Assembly (NCBI GenBank): GCA_017546805.1
Contig: JAFYRT010000067.1
Coordinates: 2,457-66,456 of the forward strand
From: Muribaculaceae bacterium
GTDB taxonomy: Bacteria > Bacteroidota > Bacteroidia > Bacteroidales > G3-4614
Direction: 5' to 3'
Length of the DNA stretch: 64,000 nt
The position numbers were made by a program, and so were the translations under genes. Of this stretch, positions 28,670-38,557 are shown in pieces (the stretch's first letter is position 1; each line of letters opens with the position of its first letter). Below the pieces are notes generated by a model that saw nothing but the letters and a program-made list of their open reading frames with translations, made no database searches and was not told the DNA's origin.

Positions 28670-29083
28670 ATGGCACTCGATAAAGTAAAATTGGTGGAAT
28701 TACCCAAGGTTGTCGATTTCAGAGGAAATCTCTCGGTGATAGAGGAGATGAATCAGATACCTTTCGAGATAAAGAGAGTATATTGGATATATGATGTTCC
28801 CGGAGGAGAGAAACGATATGGGCATGCATTTAAAGAGCAGCACGAATTTATAGTTGCCCTTTCGGGATGTTTCGATGTCATACTCAATGATGGAAACGAG
28901 GAACGTGTGATTACTCTCAACAGATCATATAACGGAGTATATGTACCTAATAGAATATGGCGAAGAATAGAGAACTTCTCAACTAACTCTGTTGCATTGG
29001 TTTTGTCGTCAACACATTATTCTCAAGCAGACTATATTGATGACTATAATGAATATCTTCAATATTTAAAAGACAATGAATAA
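28670..29083 (+). CDS. FdtA/QdtA (WxcM-like) sugar 3,4-ketoisomerase cupin, divergent copy
   Basis: 137 aa. It reads DFRGNLSVIEE...PFEIKRVYWIYDVPGGEKRYGHAFKE. The canonical RGxHAHK motif reads RYGHAFK here. Confidence 0.7.
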   Translation: MALDKVKLVELPKVVDFRGNLSVIEEMNQIPFEIKRVYWIYDVPGGEKRYGHAFKEQHEFIVALSGCFDVILNDGNEERVITLNRSYNGVYVPNRIWRRIENFSTNSVALVLSSTHYSQADYIDDYNEYLQYLKDNE

Positions 29084-29507
29084 AAAGCTATATAACATAT
29101 CTGATTGCAGGTTAATAGAATTGGGAAAATATTACCGCCCAAACGGAAACCTTACCGCTGTTGAAGGAGCAAACAATGAGATGGGCTTTGATATAAAAAG
29201 AGTCTATTATATTTATGATGTGCCTGCAACAAGCGATAGAGGAGGACATGCACATAAAGAACTTATGCAGTTAATAGTTGCAGTAAGCGGAAGTTTTGAT
29301 GTTTTGGTTGATGATGGCAAGAAGATAAAGACAGTAACGTTGAATCGCCCTAATATGGGCTTATTGCTACCTCCGGGCATTTGGCGAGAGATAAAAAACT
29401 TCTCATCAGGAGCGGTAACATTGGTATTGGCATCAGCACCATACGATGAGGCGGATTATGTTCGTACTTATGCCAAATTCATGGATTATAGAGAATCTCT
29501 TAAGTAG
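29076..29507 (+). CDS. FdtA/QdtA (WxcM-like) dTDP-4-dehydro-6-deoxyglucose 3,4-ketoisomerase, canonical copy
   Basis: 143 aa. It reads GFDIKRVYYIYDVPATSDRGGHAHKELMQLIVAVSGSFDVLVDDG. It overlaps the upstream paralog by 8 nt (ATGAATAA). Confidence 0.78.
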   Translation: MNKKLYNISDCRLIELGKYYRPNGNLTAVEGANNEMGFDIKRVYYIYDVPATSDRGGHAHKELMQLIVAVSGSFDVLVDDGKKIKTVTLNRPNMGLLLPPGIWREIKNFSSGAVTLVLASAPYDEADYVRTYAKFMDYRESLK

Positions 29508-31615
29508 TTGACAATAAGCGAATCTTTTATAAAGTCCACAATATTGCAATACCCCTTATTGGGGTATTTTTTGTTATTATTAACCCATTTCGTATCAAAA
29601 GCGAACCAATCTATTTTCTCAGGGTTGTTGCCAAGTTTAAGGGTGTTGAAAAACAGATTCCAACGTTCGTAGTATAAATCCTTTAGAATGCCGTTCCACT
29701 CTTTGTGGGCATAATCTCTCAACCCACCGTTTTCCGATGCGTTATTATCACCCCAAGTGGTAATTTGCACCTTGGCGTTCCATTCGTACAAATTGCGTTC
29801 TTTGGGAGTTTTACCCATCTTGCGTGCGGAATCAATCCATTTGCCAACCATAAACTCGTTACGGCATGACAATAGTTTGTCCTGTAATAAAATAAGGTTA
29901 AGGAACTCGTCACTCTTTTCATCAAACAACTCACTATTGCCTTTGTTGTATGCACACTTAATATCTTCCAAAACCAATCTGCCTTTTTCGCTAATGGCTT
30001 GGCGAAGAATATCAGTCAAATCGTATTCGAAGTTGTTGTTGTCTCTGTATCTCTCGGCAACTTCAGCCATAATTATAGCTGCTTTAATAACATCTTCAGA
30101 ATTATAATAATCTTCAGGGTTTGCCCATTTCGACGCGGATTTTACATCAAGAGAAGGTCTTGCGCAGAATACAGACTCGTGAGTTCCTTGCTGTTTGTTC
30201 TCTTTAGGAGCATTATAAATTGATTTGCCTAAGATATCCCACACTTGTAAAAGAGTAGAGTCGCAAGTGCCATACCTTGCAGTAACATAATCTTTGAGCC
30301 ACTTCTCCCTATCAAATCTCTTCTCTCTCCAAGCAAGCTCGGTTAATAACTCAAACATCATAGGGTTATTCTCAATACCTTCGGGAGTCATGCCAATACC
30401 CTTTAGTGATGAATTGTTGTTTTCTTTGAGGTTGTAAAAACCATCAACAACAGCATCAAACTTGCCATGCAAACCAACGTTGCCTCCAAAATTAAGGAGC
30501 ATACAATACGTCCAATCGTGAGAGTTGTACTCTTTCCATTGAGTGGCACTTTCGCTATGCAAATCCAAAATCAGTAAATCTCCCTTCTTAAGAGGAGTAA
30601 TCATCTCTTTGTTGGGGTTGCCTTGCCAACCTTGTACTACCCATACAGCATCTTCGTTGCAACGTTTCATTGCTCCCATAATTGATTTTCCTGCTACTGC
30701 CATGTCAACCCCCTCGGTAAGTCCGCCTTCGTGGAAGGGGTCTATGGCATAAAAGTCTGCTTTACCGAAAAGTTTTTCTTGTTCGCTGTAGTATATGTCA
30801 GCTATACGATTGAAATTTGAGTCGTTTGGTAATATAAAGAATGGGCGTTTATATCCACACCAAAGACCGGTGTTGACAGCATCAATATTCAATTTCTCTT
30901 TGGCATTACTCGGAATCATGCCACAGTAACCAGGAAAAACAGGAGCAATTCCAAAATCTCTCATTCGTTCAACAATCCTTTGTTGAAGTGTAATTTGTCG
31001 TTTATACCATCGAGAGTAATTCGCACCGCCCCAACCCTCAAGGTTATTCATAAGCCACCATGCCGAGAAGGCAGGGCCGGCAATAAACTCATTAATCTCC
31101 TTGTTGCTGTATCCAAGTTTTTTAAGAGTATTAACCCAAACGCCCTCACTGCCTGTAACTGCTAATGACAAATTAATGCCATGCAATGCCATCCAATCAA
31201 TTTCTCTCTCCCAACGTTCCCAATCCCAAAAAGCCATAGAGTATGAGAATGTGCAGAAGTTAAGATTGTATCGGTATTTTACATTGCATTCAATATAAAC
31301 AGGTTTGTCGAGTAAAGGAAGCGAGTCGGGTAGAGTGGTACTCATGCTGTTCCATGAAAGATGAATACCTGCATGGTATTTTAGATACCAATTAATGCCT
31401 GACGCAATAGAGACATAGTTATTCCCTTTTACAACAATTTTATTCTCTTTTGATGAAAGTTCAAAAAAGTCTTTGCTGTTATCTGTAATCTCTATCTCAA
31501 ATTTTTCTGAAGCACCTTTCTCTATTCTCTCCAGCATGCCCACAATAGGGTTTGCATTCACTCCAATAAGAGAGAATGCAAACATTAAAGATATGATGAG
31601 AATAGACCTGTTCAT
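29486..31615 (-). CDS. Alpha-N-acetylglucosaminidase (GH89, NAGLU homolog)
   Basis: 709 aa with a signal peptide. The sequence YSMAFWDWERWEREIDWMALHGINLSLAVTGSEGVW...INEFIAGPAFSAWWLMNNLEGWGG closely parallels the human NAGLU core. Confidence 0.9.
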   Translation of the reverse strand: MNRSILIISLMFAFSLIGVNANPIVGMLERIEKGASEKFEIEITDNSKDFFELSSKENKIVVKGNNYVSIASGINWYLKYHAGIHLSWNSMSTTLPDSLPLLDKPVYIECNVKYRYNLNFCTFSYSMAFWDWERWEREIDWMALHGINLSLAVTGSEGVWVNTLKKLGYSNKEINEFIAGPAFSAWWLMNNLEGWGGANYSRWYKRQITLQQRIVERMRDFGIAPVFPGYCGMIPSNAKEKLNIDAVNTGLWCGYKRPFFILPNDSNFNRIADIYYSEQEKLFGKADFYAIDPFHEGGLTEGVDMAVAGKSIMGAMKRCNEDAVWVVQGWQGNPNKEMITPLKKGDLLILDLHSESATQWKEYNSHDWTYCMLLNFGGNVGLHGKFDAVVDGFYNLKENNNSSLKGIGMTPEGIENNPMMFELLTELAWREKRFDREKWLKDYVTARYGTCDSTLLQVWDILGKSIYNAPKENKQQGTHESVFCARPSLDVKSASKWANPEDYYNSEDVIKAAIIMAEVAERYRDNNNFEYDLTDILRQAISEKGRLVLEDIKCAYNKGNSELFDEKSDEFLNLILLQDKLLSCRNEFMVGKWIDSARKMGKTPKERNLYEWNAKVQITTWGDNNASENGGLRDYAHKEWNGILKDLYYERWNLFFNTLKLGNNPEKIDWFAFDTKWVNNNKKYPNKGYCNIVDFIKDSLIVNYLRDSL

Positions 31616-31669
31616 CTCAACTAAAAACTAACAACTACCCTGTAGGGGTAGCTAAGTTGACAATTAAAA

Positions 31670-33514
31670 CTATCTTCTTCTTTTTTTGCTTTTCTTTGCC
31701 CATTGACTATTGTCGGGTTCAGAGAACTCTCCGTCAAAAAATCTTTGCCAATCGTTTTTTTTGCCGCTCTTTTTCTTCTTCTTAGGAGCAAACTCTTCAA
31801 TGTTCTCTTTCTCCTTTTTTTTGCTCTTTCTTCCATCTTTTTTGCCGCTATTGTCACTCTTGCCTGTGTTTTCCGAAGCAACTTCAACAACAACCCTGCG
31901 ACCATTGGCAAAGCTTTTATTTAAAGCTTTAATAACGCTCTCAGCATCTTCCTCTGCGACTTCAAAGAATGAGAATTCACGTAATAAATCAATCTTACCA
32001 ACACAAGGCTTCATGCCCTTCATATTGCGGTTAATAAGTTCAATAACATGGTTTGCATAAAAGCCATCAGCCTTACCAAAATTCAAGAACAAACGAGTAA
32101 ATCCAGGAGCTGCACTTCTGCTTTTTTTTGCCGAATCACTTTCTCCCTTTTTAACCTTTTTGCACTCTTTCGCGGCAGCTCTCTCGGTAGGAACATCAAT
32201 AACGTCAGCATCGCGGTAGTAGTCTAAGAATCGGTTAAATTCAATCGAAACTACACGCTTAATAAGATCCTCTTTACTTAGCCATTCAAGTTTGCGATAG
32301 ATAGATGGTAAGAATCCTTCAATCTCCTCTTCGTTGACCAAAACTCGTTCAATATCGTCAATAACTTTGATAAGCTGTTTTTCGCAAATTTGTCTGCCTG
32401 TAGGAAGAGTACCACAACTGAATTCTTTTGCAATAACCTTTTCAATCTCACGAAGTTTACCTCGTTCGCGCATATTTATAATGGCGATAGAAGTACCTGT
32501 CTTTCCTGCACGACCTGTACGTCCGCTTCGGTGAGTATAAGACTCAATGTCATCGGGTAAACCGTAGTTTATAACGTGAGTTAAATCGTCAACATCCAAG
32601 CCCCTTGCTGCAACGTCGGTAGCGACCAAAATTTGTAAATGGCGCATACGGAACTTCTGCATAACAGCATCGCGCTGAGCTTGCGACAAATCTCCGTGCA
32701 ACGAATCTGCATTATATCCGTCTTGAATAAGCATGTCGGCAATCTCTTGCGTTTCCCTTCTTGTGCGACAAAAGATTATAGCATAAATTTTGGGGTAATA
32801 GTCTGCAATGCGTTTAAGAGCAAGATACTTATCTTTTGCGTGAACCATATAGTAGATATGTTTCACATTTTTAGTACTTTCGTTTTTGGCGCCTATAACA
32901 ATCTCTTTGGCATTGTTCAAGTATTTTTTTGCAATTTGGCTTATCTCGTTCGACATGGTGGCAGAGAACATCATCATGTTTCTCTCTGCAGGAACCTCAG
33001 CCAAAATAGCATTCAGACTCTCCTCGAATCCCATGTTAAGCATTTCGTCAGCCTCGTCAAGCACTACGTTGTGTATGCTCTCCATTTTAACCGTTTTCCT
33101 ATTCATCAAGTCTAAAAGACGACCTGGTGTGGCAACAATAATTTGCACACCACTCTTTAGGCTCTTCATTTGACTCTCAATCGAAGAACCTCCATAAACA
33201 GCCAAAACTTTAAGACCATCAATGTATTTAGAGTAATCTTTTATATCATCAGCAATTTGCAAACAAAGCTCTCTTGTAGGAGCAAGGACAAGTGCTTGAG
33301 GAAATTTTTTCTTAACATCAACTCTCTGAATAAGAGGAATACCAAAAGCGGCAGTTTTACCTGTACCTGTTTGAGCAAGAGCAACAACATCGTTGCCATT
33401 TCCTAACAAAAATGGAATAACAGCCTCTTGTACAGGCATAGGTTGTTCAAACCCCATTTCGCTTATGGCATAAAGTATCTCATCCCAAACACCTAACTCT
33501 TCAAAACTCATCAT
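31670..33514 (-). CDS. deaD: DEAD-box ATP-dependent RNA helicase with a DbpA-type RNA-binding domain and a Lys-rich tail
   Basis: 614 aa. It has the Q motif, AQTGTGKT, DEAD, SAT, HRSGRTGRAG, and the C-terminal tail KKKEKENIEEFAPKKKKKSGKK. Confidence 0.9.
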   Translation of the reverse strand: MMSFEELGVWDEILYAISEMGFEQPMPVQEAVIPFLLGNGNDVVALAQTGTGKTAAFGIPLIQRVDVKKKFPQALVLAPTRELCLQIADDIKDYSKYIDGLKVLAVYGGSSIESQMKSLKSGVQIIVATPGRLLDLMNRKTVKMESIHNVVLDEADEMLNMGFEESLNAILAEVPAERNMMMFSATMSNEISQIAKKYLNNAKEIVIGAKNESTKNVKHIYYMVHAKDKYLALKRIADYYPKIYAIIFCRTRRETQEIADMLIQDGYNADSLHGDLSQAQRDAVMQKFRMRHLQILVATDVAARGLDVDDLTHVINYGLPDDIESYTHRSGRTGRAGKTGTSIAIINMRERGKLREIEKVIAKEFSCGTLPTGRQICEKQLIKVIDDIERVLVNEEEIEGFLPSIYRKLEWLSKEDLIKRVVSIEFNRFLDYYRDADVIDVPTERAAAKECKKVKKGESDSAKKSRSAAPGFTRLFLNFGKADGFYANHVIELINRNMKGMKPCVGKIDLLREFSFFEVAEEDAESVIKALNKSFANGRRVVVEVASENTGKSDNSGKKDGRKSKKKEKENIEEFAPKKKKKSGKKNDWQRFFDGEFSEPDNSQWAKKSKKRRR

Positions 33515-33537
33515 AATCGTAATAAAAATAATAGGTG

Positions 33538-33545
33538 CAAAGTTA
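33538..33545 (-). promoter_or_regulatory. -7 box TAACTTTG (minus strand) for the helicase gene
   Basis: Plus-strand caaagtta. It lies 24 nt upstream of the ATG at 33514. Confidence 0.4.
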
Positions 33546-33645
33546 CAATAAATTGATAAAAAAATGTTATAACTCTATAAAATAAACTATGTTTATATAC
33601 CCAAATTTTAACAATTGGTAAATCAAAAATCCGAAAAATTAATAT

Positions 33646-33653
33646 TACATTTG
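33646..33653 (+). promoter_or_regulatory. -7 box TACATTTG for the sialidase gene
   Basis: Exact TAnnTTTG match, 36 nt upstream of the ATG at 33689. The same TACATTTGTAA string precedes the gene at 56774. Confidence 0.45.
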
Positions 33654-33688
33654 TAAAATTTAATTATTAACTAAATTATTAACTATTT

Positions 33689-36600
33689 ATGAGAAAAGTA
33701 TTATCTTTTTTTGTAGTGTTGTTGGTATCTTTGGTAGCAACAACAGCAATGGCTCAAAGTGAGCTAACAAGGTATCCTGTCTATACGATGGGAGAGAACA
33801 ATTCTCAGTACTACCGTATCCCTGCTATCGTTGAGACTGCAAACGGAACATTGGTTGCTATTGCCGATCAACGTGGTGCTGAATTGGGTGACTTACCCAA
33901 TATCATTAGTATTGTTGCAAAAACAAGTACTAATGGAGGTCAAACATGGAGCAGTATGAAAACAATTGCTCAAGGAAACTCTTCAGCAGGAACAACTTAT
34001 GGTGATGCCGCAGCAGTTTATGACGAAGTGACAGGCAAAATCATCACAGTTTTTGTCGGTAACGAAAACTATGGTGGTAACTGTGTAGGTCTTTGGGCAT
34101 CAAATTCAAGTTATCCTTTGCGTCTCTACAAATCAGAGAGTTCTGACAATGGAGCAACTTGGACAACTCCTGTAGATATCTCAAATGATATTTACAACTC
34201 AATTTACGGTTCACGTTCTTATTGGATTGGAATGTTTGCCGGTTCAGGTAGCGCAGTTCAACTTAAAAAAGGAGACAAAGCCGGACGTTTGATGTTTGTT
34301 GTAGCAGCTCGTAACAACTCAACTTGGGGTGGAACAATGAGTAACTACGCAGTATATTCTGACGACCACGGAGCAACTTGGAAAGTATCAACTAACGCTG
34401 CATGCGCTAACGGAGACGAGGCAAAAATCGTAGAGTTGAGCAATGGCGATTTGTTGATGAGTATCAAAAACCGTAACAAAGGTTACCGTTTGATGGCTAA
34501 ATCAACAGACCAAGGTGTTACTTGGACAACAGCATCAGAGAATGCAACATTGATGGATCCTGCTTGTAACGGAGACGTAGTTTCTTACACAACAGCTGAT
34601 GGTAAATACTATCTATTGCACTCAATGCCAGGAAGCTCTTCTACTCGTGAGAATGTAACAGTATATTTGAGTAGCGATGATGGTAAAACTTGGCCTATCA
34701 AACGTCAAATTTACTCTGGTTACTCAGCTTACTCAGCATTAGAGGTTTTGAATGACGGAACAATTGGTATCGTAGTTGAGGAAGGTAAATGGGATTCTGG
34801 TCTTCCAGGTTCTGACGGATTCAACCTTGCATACTACAATTTCACTTTGGATTGGTTGCTTAACGGACAAGAGCCTGAAATTCCTGTAGCAGAAGGAGTT
34901 TTGGATCTTAACGGAAGTCGTTATATGAGCATTCCAAATGATGCTGCATTCAACATTGCAGGAGGAGGATCATTTACAATAACTTGTAAAGTAAAACTTC
35001 CTCAATTCAAATCAGGAGCAAACATGCGTTTCGTAAACAACCGTGCTTACGAAGGAACAGCAAATAGTGGAACAACAGGTTTTGATATTTACGGAGGAAA
35101 TTCTTCAACACAAGCCGTTTCTGTAAACTTGTCATACGACGGAAAACCTTGGGGTAACAGCTTTGCATGGAACACAGGTCTTACTCAAGACACTTGGGCT
35201 CATATCTCTTGGGTTTTGGACGGAACAACAACATACTTGTATGTAGACGGTGTTAAGAAAGAGACAAAAACAGGAATGTCAACAAACGGAATGCCTTCAA
35301 AAGCAGATATCTTGGTAGGTGCAGGTTATACAAACACTGATGGTTCAGCAGTACAACCAGCATACTTCACAACAGGATATATTGATGATGTTCGTTTCTA
35401 CAACAAAGCGTTGTCTCAATCTGAAGTTACAGCAGATATGACATCAACAGTTAATAGCTCAACAGCTAACTTGGTTGCTGCATATGACTTTAACAACATA
35501 CAAGGATATGACGTAGAGGATATCTCTGGAAACGGACATACAGGAATTCTTGTTGGATTCCCTGAAGAGGTACAATACACTGTAACAGTTTCAGCAAACG
35601 AAGGAGGAACAGCAACAGTTAATGGAGAGGCTGGACCAGTTCAAGTTTGGGATGGTAAAAAAGCAACACTTCTTGCAACTCCAGCAGCAGGATATCAATT
35701 TGCAGGATGGTTGCAAGGAACAGACGTTGTAAGTACTGAAAACCCATACGAATTTGAGGTAACAGAAGATGTTGCTTTTGTAGCAAACTTCAAAGATGAA
35801 AATGCACTTGAGTATTGTAAAGTTGACGGAGCTATGACAAATGGTGGTCGTCAATTGAAATCATTAACAATTACTGATGGTAGCGGAAGCTTACGATTAG
35901 AATCAATTCAACCATCAACATCATCTCCTGTATTTGTTGATAAAACAGCAGCTGTATTCGAGACACAAGCAGGAAGTACAATCTATTTCACAGAGTACGA
36001 TTGGGTATTGCAATGGATGCACTCTTATGCATACATCGACTATAACAAAGACGGAGAGTTCAATACAACATTGAACGCATACGGAACAAACTCAGGAGAG
36101 TTGGTATCATACAACTGTTACAATAACAAAGACAGCCACGGTAAAAGTGCAAACCAACAATATGCTAACACAAATACATATTCAGGTAGCGTAGGTCTTC
36201 CTTCATTTGTTCTACCTACAGACATGGCAGAAGGAACATACCGTATGCGTATTAAAGTTGACTGGAACAACATCGATCCATGTGGTGATAGCGCAATTAA
36301 ACAAAACGGAGGATGTCAAGTTGACTTTACTGTTAAAATCGTTCCTCCAACAGCAGAGCGTACAATTTCAGTAGTAGTTAACCCAGCAGATGGTGGAGTT
36401 GTAACAGGAGCAGGAACTGCGTCAGGAAACATCACTCTAACAGCACAACCTAACCCAGGTTATATCTTCGGATCATGGACTCTTGATGGAGAGACAATCT
36501 CAACAGATTTGTCATTCACTGATACAACAGAGGGCGACAAAGAGTATACAGCAAACTTTATTGAGTCATATCCTATCATGAGCTACATCTACACTAACGG

Positions 36601-38431
36601 ATACAGCCAAGCAAACCGTTACTTGAAAGAGGTTGTAGCAACAGCAGGAGATTATCAAACAGTTGTATTCTCTGCAACAACAGAGGAGGAACTTCCAAAA
36701 GAAGACCCAGAGGCAACAGGCGTAACAGTATATAATGGTGCAATTGTTGACAAAACAGCAACTCCCATCGTTATTGAGGAGGGAACAACAGAGTTCTCAG
36801 TAAACTTCAAAGCTTGGACAACTGCAATGACAGTTGCAGGTTACACAGCAAATACACAATTGCAATGGACACAACAAGCTGTTTATATTGACTGGAACAA
36901 CAACCGTTACTTCTTAGATGAAGGCGAAAACCAAGGTAAGAGCAGCAATACAATCGGTAACGATGGAGGAGTATCTCAATCATTCATTTCTGAAGCAGGA
37001 TACACTCGTACAATCACAGTTCCAGCAGGAGTACAACCAGGAACATACCGTATGCGTGTTTGCTACTTTGAGCCTAATGGAAACAATTCAGAGGCATGGG
37101 ACGAGACACTATTTACTGATTACAACAACAGAACTCGTAATGGAAAAACTTACGACTTCGCAGTTACAGTTGTTGCTAAAAAACATGTTGTAACTGTTGA
37201 GTCAGCAGATGCTATGATGGGATCTGCATATATTGAAACAGAAGGTGTAACTTCAAAAGAGGTAAGTGCTGAAAATCCTGAAACAGTAACAATCTCTGCG
37301 GTAGCAGCAGAGGGTTATGAGTTCGAAAATTGGACTCTAAATGGAGCAGAAGTTTCAACAGAGGCTGTTTACACTACAGAAGCAATTACTGAGAATGTAA
37401 CATATGTTGCAAACTTTAAATTTAAACCAATTGCTCCACGTACTGTAAAAGTTGCTTCAAATAACAATCAAAAAGGATATGCAGTATTTGTATCTCCTCA
37501 ACCAGAAGGAACAGCATCTGATGTAACAACAGGAGATATCGTAATTGTTGAGGCTATTGCTCAAACACAATATGACTACTTCGTAAATTGGACAATCAAT
37601 GGAGAAGAGGTTGGAACATCTACAACTTTCAAATATGTAGGAGCAGAGGATGCAACAATCCAAGCAAACTTCATGAGTAAATATCCCGTTGCTATATCTG
37701 CAAACGAGGGAGGAATATTTACTTTGAAAAATGGAGAAGAGAATGTCGCATCTGGAACAACTCTTGACGAAGGAACAGTATTGACAGTTAAAGTAACTCC
37801 TAACTATCTAAAACAATTGAATTCACTTCTAATCAACGGAACAGATGTAGTAGCAGATTACGATGAAAATGATGGATATTCATTTGAGTTGGCAGCAGCT
37901 ACAACAATTGAGGTTGTATTCGGTGAGTTGACAGCAACATTGACTTATGAGGTAACAGGAGCAGGATATATCGAAATATGGTCATCATGTGACGAAGAGA
38001 CATTCGAACCTGCAGGAACTCAATATGAGAATGGAGCATCTCTTCCTATAAACGGAGACCTATATGTATATCCATATGTATTGGATGTAGCCGTAGATCT
38101 AACCTCTTTGACAATAAACGGAGAAGACTTTATGGGAGAGATCGAGGAGTATGGTAGTGCATACTATATTGTAGGTGGAAATGTTAATATTGTGGCAGAG
38201 TTCACTGACCCAGGAATTGGTATTGAGGAGGCAGACGTAGTTGCAGCTTCAGTATATGCAGCAGATGGAACAATCTATGTAAACGGATTTGAAGGAACTG
38301 CACAAGTAGTAAATATCAGCGGTCAAGTAGTTAAAGAGTTTGCAGTAAATGGCAAAGCTCAAGTAACTATGGCACAAGGTATCTACTTTGTAGTAACAGG
38401 TAGCCAAGTAGCTAAGGTTGTTGTTAAGTAA
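33689..38431 (+). CDS. Giant exo-alpha-sialidase (GH33). Besides the catalytic domain it has a LamG/ConA-like domain, two GEVED-like domains, about six InlB-B-repeat-like Ig domains and a T9SS C-terminal domain.
   Basis: 1580 aa. It has the RIP motif YYRIPAIVETANG and five Asp-boxes (STNGGQTW, SSDNGATW, SDDHGATW, STDQGVTW, SSDDGKTW). The LamG-like part reads ...WAHISWVLDGTTTYLYVDGV...GYIDDVRFYNKALS. Repeated ...EGYxFxxWTxNG... modules follow. The C-terminus is GIYFVVTGSQVAKVVVK. Confidence 0.9.
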   Translation: MRKVLSFFVVLLVSLVATTAMAQSELTRYPVYTMGENNSQYYRIPAIVETANGTLVAIADQRGAELGDLPNIISIVAKTSTNGGQTWSSMKTIAQGNSSAGTTYGDAAAVYDEVTGKIITVFVGNENYGGNCVGLWASNSSYPLRLYKSESSDNGATWTTPVDISNDIYNSIYGSRSYWIGMFAGSGSAVQLKKGDKAGRLMFVVAARNNSTWGGTMSNYAVYSDDHGATWKVSTNAACANGDEAKIVELSNGDLLMSIKNRNKGYRLMAKSTDQGVTWTTASENATLMDPACNGDVVSYTTADGKYYLLHSMPGSSSTRENVTVYLSSDDGKTWPIKRQIYSGYSAYSALEVLNDGTIGIVVEEGKWDSGLPGSDGFNLAYYNFTLDWLLNGQEPEIPVAEGVLDLNGSRYMSIPNDAAFNIAGGGSFTITCKVKLPQFKSGANMRFVNNRAYEGTANSGTTGFDIYGGNSSTQAVSVNLSYDGKPWGNSFAWNTGLTQDTWAHISWVLDGTTTYLYVDGVKKETKTGMSTNGMPSKADILVGAGYTNTDGSAVQPAYFTTGYIDDVRFYNKALSQSEVTADMTSTVNSSTANLVAAYDFNNIQGYDVEDISGNGHTGILVGFPEEVQYTVTVSANEGGTATVNGEAGPVQVWDGKKATLLATPAAGYQFAGWLQGTDVVSTENPYEFEVTEDVAFVANFKDENALEYCKVDGAMTNGGRQLKSLTITDGSGSLRLESIQPSTSSPVFVDKTAAVFETQAGSTIYFTEYDWVLQWMHSYAYIDYNKDGEFNTTLNAYGTNSGELVSYNCYNNKDSHGKSANQQYANTNTYSGSVGLPSFVLPTDMAEGTYRMRIKVDWNNIDPCGDSAIKQNGGCQVDFTVKIVPPTAERTISVVVNPADGGVVTGAGTASGNITLTAQPNPGYIFGSWTLDGETISTDLSFTDTTEGDKEYTANFIESYPIMSYIYTNGYSQANRYLKEVVATAGDYQTVVFSATTEEELPKEDPEATGVTVYNGAIVDKTATPIVIEEGTTEFSVNFKAWTTAMTVAGYTANTQLQWTQQAVYIDWNNNRYFLDEGENQGKSSNTIGNDGGVSQSFISEAGYTRTITVPAGVQPGTYRMRVCYFEPNGNNSEAWDETLFTDYNNRTRNGKTYDFAVTVVAKKHVVTVESADAMMGSAYIETEGVTSKEVSAENPETVTISAVAAEGYEFENWTLNGAEVSTEAVYTTEAITENVTYVANFKFKPIAPRTVKVASNNNQKGYAVFVSPQPEGTASDVTTGDIVIVEAIAQTQYDYFVNWTINGEEVGTSTTFKYVGAEDATIQANFMSKYPVAISANEGGIFTLKNGEENVASGTTLDEGTVLTVKVTPNYLKQLNSLLINGTDVVADYDENDGYSFELAAATTIEVVFGELTATLTYEVTGAGYIEIWSSCDEETFEPAGTQYENGASLPINGDLYVYPYVLDVAVDLTSLTINGEDFMGEIEEYGSAYYIVGGNVNIVAEFTDPGIGIEEADVVAASVYAADGTIYVNGFEGTAQVVNISGQVVKEFAVNGKAQVTMAQGIYFVVTGSQVAKVVVK

Positions 38432-38478
38432 TAAGAGTTGTTCGTTTTAGAATTAAAAACGAAACACAATAATAATTT

Positions 38479-38510
38479 AGAGGAGCAGTTGATCTGCTCC
38501 TCTTTGTTTT
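38479..38510 (+). terminator. Intrinsic terminator after the sialidase gene
   Basis: agaggagcag-ttgat-ctgctcctct forms a 10-bp stem followed by TTGTTTT. It is preceded by a second hairpin, ttcgtttt/aaaacgaa, at about 38450-38472. Confidence 0.65.
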
Positions 38511-38557
38511 ATAGCTCTAATAAGACTAATCTATTTGATGACTGAATGTTAAAACTT

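Noticed and set aside
31621-32060. ORFs 31621-31911 (minus), 31703-31924 (plus) and 31710-32060 (plus), overlapping the 3' end of the helicase gene
   Set aside because: They are alternative frames of the AAG/AAA-rich stretch encoding the Lys-rich tail and give repetitive K/R/F/L peptides. The helicase frame is the conserved one.
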